This document shows, piece by piece, positions 29,974 through 39,199 of a stretch of 64,000 bases of DNA. A program made the position numbers and the translations under genes. How positions within the stretch are numbered: the stretch's first letter is position 1; the number at the start of each line of letters is the position of its first letter. Below the pieces are notes generated by a model. It made no database searches and was not told the DNA's origin. It saw nothing but the letters and a program-made list of their open reading frames with translations. Origin of the DNA: a virus; the IMG/VR virus record IMGVR_UViG_3300001472_000003, positions 85,501-149,500 of that record; one strand, given 5' to 3'.

Positions 29974-30063
29974 ATAATTTATGTATCAAATGGATATATT
30001 AGTATCAAATTTTTAAAAATATTTTTATGTATAATCAATTGTTATACACGGATATTTATAATT

Positions 30064-31035
30064 CTACATTGTTACAGCTGTGCGATATATTTTTATATCC
30101 ATCGATGTAGATATGGTTGGTGTTACTATTAAATTTATGTGTGAACCAGACATATTAGCTGAAAAAATACCTAAATCTGAGTTGGTAGATATTTTGCCAA
30201 ATTCAGATATATATACATCATTAGTATCATATACAATGTTTATTTGAGTAAATTGTTTACTAGATGGGGAATTTATTTCTACTAAATATTGAGAAGAAGA
30301 ATATAAACTTTTAGAATAAGAATCTATAACTGTTGATGACAATGACGATGTTGTTGCAGAATTACTAGTTTTTATTACATTATTTCCAATATTAACTATA
30401 TTTAATTCTACTGTGTTTGCAACAATATTATTAGCTTCAATAGTTGTGTGAGCTATATTATTTGCTTCTAGTACATCTTCTAATCCAGTAAATATTTTAA
30501 TATAATTTGATCCATTGTTGGTGAATTTCCATGAATCATCTGTCTCATCAAAATATAATGATGTATTAGGCAGAGCACCTCTATTAATGTTAATACCTGA
30601 ATCAAATGGCGAATTTGTGTTTGCATCTACTCTAGTATTTAAATTAATAAAATTAGTACCAATATTAAGTTCAGTACTGTTAATATATGTTATATTGCCT
30701 GTTACAGTTAAATCACCCTCAATAATGAGATTGTTTGCTACTGTATCATCAGCTAGTTGACCAAGGTCAGCAAATGACAAAACTCCATTACCATTTGTAA
30801 TAATAGTTTGTCCATTAGCACCGTCTAATGTTGGTAATAGATATTGACTGTTAACAGATATAGAATTGGCTGATAATAAAGAAACATTTGCGCCGATTTC
30901 AAATACATTTGAGCCATTAGAACTAAACATGACTCCATCTGGCATATTTAATGCTAATTCACCAGTACCCAGATTAGTAGTATTTGGCGTACGCCCACTA
31001 ACGGACGTCCGTTTGATATAAATCTTTGACGACAT
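30064..31035 (-). CDS. Fibre protein with gp37-like N-terminal docking domain
   Basis: IKRT...GRTP...L..GELALN N-terminus; LPT.DG.NGQ.I.TNG.G.LSF fibre motif. Confidence 0.75.
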   Translation of the reverse strand: MSSKIYIKRTSVSGRTPNTTNLGTGELALNMPDGVMFSSNGSNVFEIGANVSLLSANSISVNSQYLLPTLDGANGQTIITNGNGVLSFADLGQLADDTVANNLIIEGDLTVTGNITYINSTELNIGTNFINLNTRVDANTNSPFDSGININRGALPNTSLYFDETDDSWKFTNNGSNYIKIFTGLEDVLEANNIAHTTIEANNIVANTVELNIVNIGNNVIKTSNSATTSSLSSTVIDSYSKSLYSSSQYLVEINSPSSKQFTQINIVYDTNDVYISEFGKISTNSDLGIFSANMSGSHINLIVTPTISTSMDIKIYRTAVTM

Positions 31036-31052
31036 ATGCGTTCCTTATTCAA

Positions 31053-31094
31053 CCTCTATATAGAGGGATAACAATAAAACCTCTATATAGAGGT
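31053..31094. repeat. Tandem pair of the perfect palindrome CCTCTATATAGAGG
   Basis: Copies at 31053-31066 and 31080-31093 in the leader of the 323-aa gene. Confidence 0.9.
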
Positions 31095-31131
31095 GATACT
31101 AAATACTTATATATTTAGGATATTTAAAAGT

Positions 31132-31419
31132 TTATTTTTTTGAACGTGATTTAGATAGTGAATTGTTTTTTGCTTTAGGATTTAATGCAACCTTTTTAGC
31201 TTCATATGTTTCAATTTGTTTTTCTAATGATGCAATTTTTTGTTTTTGAAGTGTATTTTGTTCCATCAAAGTAGCATTACTTTTAGAGCTCTCAGCAGTA
31301 CTATTTTGTAAAACAGTAACTTGAGCTTTATATTTTATTAACTCTAATGATAAAGTTTGTACTTCGTTCGTAAGATATTGGAGATATGTTTGATTTAATT
31401 GTTCGTCTAAAGATGACAT
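31132..31419 (-). CDS. Small coiled-coil protein (possible fibre chaperone)
   Basis: Heptad-like L/I pattern; lies directly after a fibre gene. Confidence 0.6.
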   Translation of the reverse strand: MSSLDEQLNQTYLQYLTNEVQTLSLELIKYKAQVTVLQNSTAESSKSNATLMEQNTLQKQKIASLEKQIETYEAKKVALNPKAKNNSLSKSRSKK

Positions 31420-31455
31420 GATATAATAACCTCATAATTATTAATAATAAATTGT

Positions 31456-31486
31456 AAAAAAAAGAAGGAGAAACCCCTTCTTTTTT
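31456..31486 (-). terminator. Intrinsic (possibly bidirectional) terminator after the 475-aa gene
   Basis: A6GAAGG-GGTTTCT-CCTTC followed by T8. Confidence 0.75.
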
Positions 31487-31497
31487 GTTTTGTTTTT

Positions 31498-32925
31498 TTA
31501 GAATGCGCCGCCGTCGATGATAGCATCGAATTGTGCTAAATTAGACGCAGTATATGTTACTTCTCCTGCAGGAGCTGCACCTAAATTTGTTGTAGCGGCA
31601 TATACGTTTTCTGATGCATCCCAGAATATACCTCTGAATTTATCAACTCCGCCGACATCATATGTGCCATAAAAACCGACATCAACTGCATCAGTATCAT
31701 TTCCGGTTTGGTCATATGCTAAAGCTAACATATTATCTGTAACAGAAACTGTTGTTGATTGTACTGTTGTAGTTGTTCCTTGGACAGTTAAGTTACCTGC
31801 AATAACTGCACTACCGCCAATTTCTAAATCACCACCTGCATGAATAGCTCCACCTACTCCTACTCCACCTGATACTTGGATAGCTCCGGTAGAAGTATTT
31901 GAAGATGCTGTTGAATCATTAACATCAACTACACCGCCAACTGTTAATGCATTTGTGATAGATGCTGCATCGGACATAGTTACGTTGCCAGTTAAAGTTG
32001 ATGTGCCTTCTACAGTAAGACCTTGACCAACAGTAACATTTTTTCTACTTGCAATACCACCAGCTGTTATAATTGAACCAGTAGTGTTTGATGTTGATTG
32101 AGTATCATCGGTAATTTCTAACGCACCAGAGATACCTAATCCACCTGTTGTAGATAACGTTCCTGTTATATTAGTATTACCAAATTCTGCTGTTGTTGCA
32201 TTTACTTCGCCAGTAATTGTTGTATTGCCAGCTGCTAATGTGTTATTAATAACTATTGCTTGAGATGTTGTTGCACCTCTTGTAGTAACAGTTTCTAATG
32301 TTGATTGGTTTACTGCTGTAATCTGTGTGCTGTTACCAGACATACCAATATCAGTTCCACCTACAAAGTTAACTGTTTCTGTGGAACTATCACCACCACC
32401 TGCGGGTGTAAGTGATACTTGACCAATAGATGAGTTACCTGTTGTTGATAATTCGTATGTGCTTGTATCAACGGTTATTTGTGTACTATTACCACTAACA
32501 ACTGCTGCTCCAGTTCCAACGATTTTAGAAATGTCAGTTCCTACACCAGCATCTCCACCACCTGTTCCAGTTAATGTAATATTACCTTGAATTGTATTAC
32601 CACCCGTTCCAACTGCATATGTTGTCCCGGTTACAGTTACTTCTGAGGAGTTGCCTGAAACAAGAGAAGCACCACTACCAGCTATTGTAATACTATCATT
32701 TGATAGTGTTAAATTATCTACAGTTAAAGTTACTGTAGCAGCTGATGAGTTACCGCTTTGTTCTAGATTGTATTGATCTCCACTTACTGAAAAAACTGAT
32801 GTTCCGTTAGACGAGAAAAGTTTCTTGTCTACGACGTTGATGGCTAATTCACCTTCAGCTAATGCGCTGTTAGCTGGCACACCACCTGGGGTGGTACTCC
32901 TTTTTAATTTAATAATTGACGCCAT
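31498..32925 (-). CDS. Fibre protein with gp37-like N-terminus and IDGGAF C-terminus
   Basis: IKLKRS...G.VP....LAEGELAIN; STSNTTGS/GGVGVGG beta-helix repeats. Confidence 0.8.
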   Translation of the reverse strand: MASIIKLKRSTTPGGVPANSALAEGELAINVVDKKLFSSNGTSVFSVSGDQYNLEQSGNSSAATVTLTVDNLTLSNDSITIAGSGASLVSGNSSEVTVTGTTYAVGTGGNTIQGNITLTGTGGGDAGVGTDISKIVGTGAAVVSGNSTQITVDTSTYELSTTGNSSIGQVSLTPAGGGDSSTETVNFVGGTDIGMSGNSTQITAVNQSTLETVTTRGATTSQAIVINNTLAAGNTTITGEVNATTAEFGNTNITGTLSTTGGLGISGALEITDDTQSTSNTTGSIITAGGIASRKNVTVGQGLTVEGTSTLTGNVTMSDAASITNALTVGGVVDVNDSTASSNTSTGAIQVSGGVGVGGAIHAGGDLEIGGSAVIAGNLTVQGTTTTVQSTTVSVTDNMLALAYDQTGNDTDAVDVGFYGTYDVGGVDKFRGIFWDASENVYAATTNLGAAPAGEVTYTASNLAQFDAIIDGGAF

Positions 32926-32929
32926 TTAT

Positions 32930-33586
32930 TTACTCCTTAGATATTTTAGACAGGCCTTGTCTTTTAACCTCTACCACTTTCGGTTTAAAATGATATAATT
33001 CTTCAGTTTTAATTGGTTTTGGTTTCTTCTGTTTATTTATATTTTCTTCTTGTTTAGGTTTTTCTCTTAATTGTGCTATTCGTTTTTTAACTAATGGTCT
33101 AAACATATATTTATCATAATTATCTACAGGGGTTTCTTTTAAAAGTTTTTCTTTTAAAAGTTCATCTGCTTTTTGTTTAGCTACCATAACCTCTTTTTTT
33201 GTGTCTTCTACCTGCTTCTCTGCTATTGTCTTCATTTGGCTTTTAAATTCACTAGCTGTTGTTGATATGTTAATTTTAGTTTCTTGTAATTCTAATAATC
33301 CTTGTAGTCGTTGCATCTCAGTGTTAAGCAACATATTTTTTTTAACAAGATCACTTATTATTTCTTGTTGATTAATTATATACCGTCGCCAGAAATCATC
33401 ATCAAAATTATCTGCATCATCACCCGGAAAAGAATTCTCATGATTTGCTTGTTGTGAACTTATATAATTATTACTATACTCTATTTTAGGTGTAGTGTCA
33501 ACAAGATTCTCTTCAGGAATTGTTTTTTCTTTAGTAACTATTTCTTTTTTTATAACCGGTCTTTTAATTCTCTTTTTTGAAGCCAT
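32930..33586 (-). CDS. Lys/Glu-rich coiled-coil protein
   Basis: Central heptad region resembling the 95-aa ORF; charged termini. Confidence 0.6.
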   Translation of the reverse strand: MASKKRIKRPVIKKEIVTKEKTIPEENLVDTTPKIEYSNNYISSQQANHENSFPGDDADNFDDDFWRRYIINQQEIISDLVKKNMLLNTEMQRLQGLLELQETKINISTTASEFKSQMKTIAEKQVEDTKKEVMVAKQKADELLKEKLLKETPVDNYDKYMFRPLVKKRIAQLREKPKQEENINKQKKPKPIKTEELYHFKPKVVEVKRQGLSKISKE

Positions 33587-33616
33587 AATAATATCACCTT
33601 ATTTTTTTATAATTAT

Positions 33617-33633
33617 ATTATACCATATTTATC
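33617..33633 (-). promoter_or_regulatory. Adjacent late promoter GATAAATA and extended -10 TGGTATAAT
   Basis: Minus strand GATAAATATGGTATAAT upstream of the 218-aa gene. Confidence 0.5.
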
Positions 33634-34445
33634 TAATAATTGCCACCATCAATATCATCTGCAATTGGTGCACCATTAACATCGTATTGTAATATCTGTC
33701 CTTGGCTTCCTGTTGTAAATGCCACTGTTGTTGTATTAGCTCCTGACATTACACCTCTTTCAACCAATTCTCTAATCCCCGTACCACCATCTTTTACTTC
33801 TAAAGGATTCGAAAGACTATTAATTGTAACATTATTTAATGTGCCATCTGTAATATTTGTATTAGATATATTACTATCGGTTAATGAAGCATTGCTTATT
33901 ACAGCATCTGATAATCCTACACCTGATAGCCCCAATTGTCCTGTATACACAGCACCAGATAAAAATATGCCCTTTCCCGATGTTACAGATGTAGGCAAAT
34001 TAGAACCTATAAAATTTAAAACACCTGACTGATAGTCAAAATACCATTCATCATTGTTGCCAGAACCAGTCTCAAATAACTGTGTTCCTGATGATGCTGG
34101 ATTTGCTGCTGCTGATGACGCAGAATATACTTTTAATTGATATGTGGAACCAAAAACTGGAGGTATCCAATTTACTATGCTTGTAGTCCATGTTCTTCTG
34201 GTTGTAGAGGTTAAATCTTCTGTTGTTTGTATTGTTGTATATACTTTGACAATACTTGTATTAGATGTAGGAATAACATTAGGAATTGATGCGGCATCAC
34301 TCCAAATAGCTAATGGATCAATAATAGGTTTAGATACAAATACTTCGTTAGGTGCTTTTTTAAGATCATTAGTATCAGTTTTTACTCTACCAAAACCTAT
34401 TTTTTTCCAAAGTAAATCAACTTTTTGTGAATCTGATATGGTCAT
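33633..34445 (-). CDS. Virion structural/fibre protein ending in IDGGNY
   Basis: KVDLLWKK N-terminus, WYFDYQSGVL and L.V.DGGTG fibre motif. Confidence 0.7.
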   Translation of the reverse strand: MTISDSQKVDLLWKKIGFGRVKTDTNDLKKAPNEVFVSKPIIDPLAIWSDAASIPNVIPTSNTSIVKVYTTIQTTEDLTSTTRRTWTTSIVNWIPPVFGSTYQLKVYSASSAAANPASSGTQLFETGSGNNDEWYFDYQSGVLNFIGSNLPTSVTSGKGIFLSGAVYTGQLGLSGVGLSDAVISNASLTDSNISNTNITDGTLNNVTINSLSNPLEVKDGGTGIRELVERGVMSGANTTTVAFTTGSQGQILQYDVNGAPIADDIDGGNY

Positions 34446-37168
34446 TATGATATACTCAAAGCTGATATAGATTGGCCTGATGATAGACCAATAGAAATTA
34501 ATATTTGATTTCCAAACGCATTGGTACCATTTTGGCTTCCAAGTGTTAATAGAAAACTACTATTGTTATATGTAGTATTTGAAAGAATTCTATCACCTGA
34601 TGTAAATGCGCATCCATCAGATCCATTGCCTCCACTTCCTGTATTGCCGCCTGGTATACCACTACCAGCATATGTATCTCCTGCATTTAACCATCCATTT
34701 AAGGTTGATGCAGAATCTATGCCTGTTCCAGGAGCAGCTATATGAAATGAGGAAACAATTCCACTTAATGTAACGTTAAAGTTAGCTACCTGAGTCCTTC
34801 TAAATGCTATTATTATTTTTTGTGTGCCTGATCGACCTGAACTAAGATTGGGGCCAGCAGGTAAAAATCCAGTGCTTAAATCCGAGGCAAAGTGTTGTAG
34901 AGATCCATATCTAATTACAGCTTCATCAGTGCCAATAATGGTTTGTGCACCAGTCCATGTTGAACTTGTATAGTAATTTGTTGAACTTGAGAATGTGGGA
35001 TTAACACCAGTAAATCCGGTTATTCTTACCGCATCATCGTTATAAGTTGCTCCTAATGAATCACTAACAGGTATAGCTAATTCATTTATGCCAGAAGATG
35101 ATCCATTCATTACAGATATTTTTGTATTACTAAAATTTACTGTGGTGCCTGTTCCATTTACATTCTTAACATTCATATTAAAACCTTGAGTTCTTTTTCC
35201 TCCTCCATTGATATTTAACTGAAATGTTTCTAATGTTATAGGAGATGAAATTCCAGTATTAGCTATTGGATAATTTGAATTTAATTGTGATGGTGGTAAA
35301 ATAGTATATGTTTTACTTTGGGAATTTATTATTGATCCAGATTCCCCTTCAAATGTTTGTCCGCTACCAAAAGTAAAAGGTGTTGTTGTATTCCTATATG
35401 TCTGTCCTGTTAGATTTGTTATTTTTGTGCCTATAACATTAATTTTAGCATTGTTTGTATAATATGGAATGCCTGAAATATATGCTAATGTTCCGGCTGT
35501 ATTTTCTGTGATGGTTGTTGTTGAAAAATCTATACTTGGAGTTGATGTTAAGTTATCTTTTATAAAATCTAACTGACTTGTATTACCTGTTGTACTATGA
35601 GATAATTTATATGTATGAGCTCCAATAGATAAATTATTTTTACTTATTCTCGATTTAAATCCTGAATACAATCCTGAAGCATATATTTTTTGAATATTAG
35701 AAACACTAGTTCCTGTATTACTAAATTGATTGAAATCATTTTCATCAATTATAATTAACGAGTTGTATGTGCCTGAATTATCATTTGAGTCAAATACAAC
35801 ACTTCCATCGACAGAATTATCTATTAAAGATGATAGTGTGCCATTATTAGCATCGTGAGTAAATTGGGTAGTAACAGAACCAGATGTTTGAATGTTTCCT
35901 GTGGTGGTGTATCTTATAGGTGTATCACCAATATTTAATGTTGTTCCGCTTGAGTTGTCTATAAATCCTGATGCTACTCTTGGCGAAGAACCAACAGAAC
36001 TTGAAGATAAAGTAAATGTTTTATTGGCTAAACCTTGAGGAGCAGCAATACTTGTATCAAATATTTTTATAACACTTGTTATACTATCAGGTAAAGAAGC
36101 AGGATTAGCTGTTGAATGAGTATTGATTGATAATGTTATAGTGTTAGTACTAAAACCAGTATCTGATGTATAGATATGATCTATTCTAGATCCTTCTGTC
36201 CCGCCTTCTACTGATGTATTGGATATTGAGTCTGATGTTCCATCTCCCCAATTAATATGGAATGTAGCAATGACTCCATTAGCATTAGTAGTATTATTAT
36301 CAAGAAATATTTGATCTCCTGTATTAGCTTCAATAATATTACTTCCATTAGTTAATGCATCGTGTATAGTAAATGCTGCAGCAGGATCTGGTGTAAAAAC
36401 AACTATAGCATTATTTACTATTATCTGTGCATTATTACCTTCTCCAAGACCATTATCATTTCTTGCAATTACTGTTATATTATATGATCCACCAGATGTG
36501 TTTGTATATGTATGGTTTGGTGTTGAATCACTTGTATTATTGGAAAAAGATCCATCACCCCAATTTATATCAAATCTGTTTGGATTGCCTGTTGTAGATA
36601 TTGTTAATTGTGTATCTAATGGTGCACCTCCTGAAGTGTTGCTTATTGCAAATGATACATCTCTTACATACGTATTATTATATACATTTAAAACAACCTC
36701 ATTTAATTTATCAACTGCATCTGATACTTTTGTGTTCGCAGTTATTGATGTAACTGCACCTTCTGCAGTAACTCCTGCACCATTAGAATATATACCGTCT
36801 TCAACTGGAATTCCCATAGGTATTGAGTTTGCTATTCCAGATATTCCAGTGACTGCACTATCAACATATTGTTTAGTAGCAGCATGTGTATCTTCAGTAG
36901 GGTCAGATGTTAAAATTAATGTAGGAAATGTTGCAGTATTTGATACTGTTAAATCAGTTGCTTGAACATTAGCAATTGTTTCTCCAAAATTTAATTTGGC
37001 AGTATCATTTCCTCGTGCAACTAAAACAGGAACATTACCTGATACTGATCCTATAAATAAATCATTAGATGTGAATGAATATGCAAGCTCTCCACTTGAC
37101 AATATACCATTTGCTGGTGTATCATTTGTGTTACTCGTTCTAATTTGAATAACATTATATTCAGACAT
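34445..37168 (-). CDS. Large fibre protein with gp37-like N-terminus and two PKD (Ig-like) domains
   Basis: IQIRTS...P..G.L..GELAY; AATKQYVD; two INWGDG...H.Y PKD signatures. Confidence 0.75.
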   Translation of the reverse strand: MSEYNVIQIRTSNTNDTPANGILSSGELAYSFTSNDLFIGSVSGNVPVLVARGNDTAKLNFGETIANVQATDLTVSNTATFPTLILTSDPTEDTHAATKQYVDSAVTGISGIANSIPMGIPVEDGIYSNGAGVTAEGAVTSITANTKVSDAVDKLNEVVLNVYNNTYVRDVSFAISNTSGGAPLDTQLTISTTGNPNRFDINWGDGSFSNNTSDSTPNHTYTNTSGGSYNITVIARNDNGLGEGNNAQIIVNNAIVVFTPDPAAAFTIHDALTNGSNIIEANTGDQIFLDNNTTNANGVIATFHINWGDGTSDSISNTSVEGGTEGSRIDHIYTSDTGFSTNTITLSINTHSTANPASLPDSITSVIKIFDTSIAAPQGLANKTFTLSSSSVGSSPRVASGFIDNSSGTTLNIGDTPIRYTTTGNIQTSGSVTTQFTHDANNGTLSSLIDNSVDGSVVFDSNDNSGTYNSLIIIDENDFNQFSNTGTSVSNIQKIYASGLYSGFKSRISKNNLSIGAHTYKLSHSTTGNTSQLDFIKDNLTSTPSIDFSTTTITENTAGTLAYISGIPYYTNNAKINVIGTKITNLTGQTYRNTTTPFTFGSGQTFEGESGSIINSQSKTYTILPPSQLNSNYPIANTGISSPITLETFQLNINGGGKRTQGFNMNVKNVNGTGTTVNFSNTKISVMNGSSSGINELAIPVSDSLGATYNDDAVRITGFTGVNPTFSSSTNYYTSSTWTGAQTIIGTDEAVIRYGSLQHFASDLSTGFLPAGPNLSSGRSGTQKIIIAFRRTQVANFNVTLSGIVSSFHIAAPGTGIDSASTLNGWLNAGDTYAGSGIPGGNTGSGGNGSDGCAFTSGDRILSNTTYNNSSFLLTLGSQNGTNAFGNQILISIGLSSGQSISALSIS

Positions 37169-37428
37169 TAGAAAAATCCGCCATGCACGCCAACTTTTTG
37201 AACGATGAAAGTATTAGAATCAACATCATAAACTAAACTGACAGCTGCTTCATTAGATATTGTGGCATCACTTTGGAAAACCACTTGTTGTTTTATACCA
37301 GCACTTCCAAACATTATTCTTGATACTTGTTCTGGTGTGGCTGTTTGAACTTTTGCAATCGCAGTTTTACCACTTCTGAATACGGTAGTGGTATTAGCAT
37401 TTATTCCTGTGCTTGTATCTATAGCCAT
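37168..37428 (-). CDS. Small adaptor protein ending in VHGGFF
   Basis: LVYD......F......GGFF C-terminus; TAATG-coupled to the 907-aa gene. Confidence 0.65.
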   Translation of the reverse strand: MAIDTSTGINANTTTVFRSGKTAIAKVQTATPEQVSRIMFGSAGIKQQVVFQSDATISNEAAVSLVYDVDSNTFIVQKVGVHGGFF

Positions 37429-37429
37429 T

Positions 37430-37774
37430 TTAGCTTCCTCTTGTTACACCGGGTGTGACAGTTACTAAACCTTCTAATACACGTGTTGCATTATTACTAT
37501 TTAACGTATTATAAACCTCAACATCATATACATATCTTCCAGCAGGAACGATATTAGTTTCTGCTGATGTCATACTTAATTCCATGATACCGCCGGTTGG
37601 ATTTGTAATATTCGTTGATATTATATGAAATATGCTAGATGAATGTGTTTTTCTAAAATGACATGCTGATGTATGATCTGTTAAATTAAAAATATCTCCG
37701 CTCATGTCTGTAATATTTACTACGATATTAAATTTACTTCCTTGATCTATAATAAGATTAGCTTTTGCTGCCAT
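37430..37774 (-). CDS. Conserved small virion structural protein (BppU-N-like Ig fold)
   Basis: ANLIIDQG, GRYVYDVE and RVLEG.VTVTPGVT motifs typical of marine T4-like phages. Confidence 0.75.
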   Translation of the reverse strand: MAAKANLIIDQGSKFNIVVNITDMSGDIFNLTDHTSACHFRKTHSSSIFHIISTNITNPTGGIMELSMTSAETNIVPAGRYVYDVEVYNTLNSNNATRVLEGLVTVTPGVTRGS

Positions 37775-37806
37775 CGTACAATCCTCTTTATATTATTAAT
37801 TATATA

Positions 37807-37814
37807 TATTTATA
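37807..37814 (-). promoter_or_regulatory. Late promoter TATAAATA restarting the fibre operon
   Basis: Exact consensus 33 nt upstream of 37774. Confidence 0.75.
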
Positions 37815-37838
37815 CTAGTTAAAATCCTTAAAAAACCG

Positions 37839-37867
37839 TTGACTCTTTCATATTTTTATGTTATAAT
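37839..37867 (+). promoter_or_regulatory. sigma70 promoter TTGACT-17-TATAAT with extended -10
   Basis: TTGACT ctttcatatttttatgt TATAAT, 38 nt before the ATG at 37906. Confidence 0.8.
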
Positions 37868-37905
37868 AATTATTGTATGATTAGCTAAGATAGAGGGCCC
37901 TACTA

Positions 37906-38589
37906 ATGAATTTTGTTTGTGTTAATTTTGGCAACATGTACCATAATGCATATGTAGACGCTCTTTATTATATGATATTTATGCGTAATAAAATAAACAG
38001 CTTTACATGTATTACTGATAGAAAAAGAAATATTAGAAAAGAGATTAACCAAATAATAATTAGTGATGACGAATACGAAGGCGCATGGAATAAACTTTAT
38101 TGCTTTCATGATATAGATTTGCCGAATGAATTTGTATTATTGGATTTAGATATTGTATTGCAATCTAAATTTAAATTTAATGAACTAAAAGAAATAATTG
38201 ATAACAATAAGTTATTATTTGTTAATGCAGATTGGGCTATAGATAGTAGACCTTATCAGCCTACCCAAATAAATTCATCTTTACTGTATATTAATAAAAA
38301 TTTAAAATCCTATAATAAAATTAGAAAATCTATAGACAAGGGAGATTGGTATCCATATGCTACTATGGATAGATATTTATTTAATATACTTAATAAAAAA
38401 GAAATAGGTTATTTTGATTCATTAAAAATATATTCATATATGGATAATGAATATATGGAAAAAAATTATGATGTATGTCTTTTAAATAAATTTGATGGCA
38501 AAATATTCGATTATATTATAAGTAGTAACTGGATATTTAAATACTACCCAATTCATCTTTCATATCCATCCACATATCATATTGATTAA
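37906..38589 (+). CDS. GT-A fold glycosyltransferase
   Basis: VCV.FG..Y...YV..L, F.CITD, WNKL, LLDLDIV (DxD) and INSSL motifs. Confidence 0.75.
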   Translation: MNFVCVNFGNMYHNAYVDALYYMIFMRNKINSFTCITDRKRNIRKEINQIIISDDEYEGAWNKLYCFHDIDLPNEFVLLDLDIVLQSKFKFNELKEIIDNNKLLFVNADWAIDSRPYQPTQINSSLLYINKNLKSYNKIRKSIDKGDWYPYATMDRYLFNILNKKEIGYFDSLKIYSYMDNEYMEKNYDVCLLNKFDGKIFDYIISSNWIFKYYPIHLSYPSTYHID

Positions 38590-39199
38590 TAATATATGAT
38601 ATAGTTATTCTGCTGCCAGATTTATTAGCCGCACAATGCCAAACTTTTTTATTGCCCTCATCATGACCACCAAAATACCCAGTTTTTACATTCCAACCAA
38701 TACTATCTTTATGTATAATATATTTTTTAGCACTTAAATCATATTCTTCAAAATATCCACCACCACAATCACTATATGTAAATAATACATTATATCCTCT
38801 AGCATTAGCATTATGATGCCATCCTATATATCCATTTACGGGGTAATATGTTAGCAAAGAATTGTTAGATGCACCTAATTCCGATGTCATATTATTAGCA
38901 AGACTCATGACTTTATCTCTATTATTTAATTTATGAGCACCTACACTTGTTCTATAGTCTATAAGTAATGAACATTCAGGAAAGCCTTCGTGCTTATTGC
39001 CATTCATAAGCCATTGATGGTAATCATAACTTGTTCCACTTGTAATATCCATTCCATCATTATACTCTTTACCATCTCTACCTAATCTTTCATCATATGC
39101 TATATCATATAATGTTTTAGTGTCTTCAGATAAAATATTATCTTTAATATCATTTAAAATATGTAATATACTTTTATTTTTAATCTCTATCTTGTCCAT
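38537..39199 (-). CDS. 2OG-Fe(II) oxygenase-like (DSBH) protein
   Basis: YP.NGYIGWHHN ... WHCA ... RITISY; HxN...H plus RxT/S pattern. Confidence 0.65.
   Translation of the reverse strand: MDKIEIKNKSILHILNDIKDNILSEDTKTLYDIAYDERLGRDGKEYNDGMDITSGTSYDYHQWLMNGNKHEGFPECSLLIDYRTSVGAHKLNNRDKVMSLANNMTSELGASNNSLLTYYPVNGYIGWHHNANARGYNVLFTYSDCGGGYFEEYDLSAKKYIIHKDSIGWNVKTGYFGGHDEGNKKVWHCAANKSGSRITISYIINQYDMWMDMKDELGSI

Noticed and set aside
29892-30063. tRNA or known structured ncRNA in intergenic gaps
   Set aside because: No cloverleaf or T-arm GTTC motif; the gaps are too AT-rich and short.
37903-38109. Minus-strand 68-aa ORF that would keep the operon on one strand
   Set aside because: The plus-strand 227-aa ORF has GT motifs and a consensus promoter; the minus ORF has neither.
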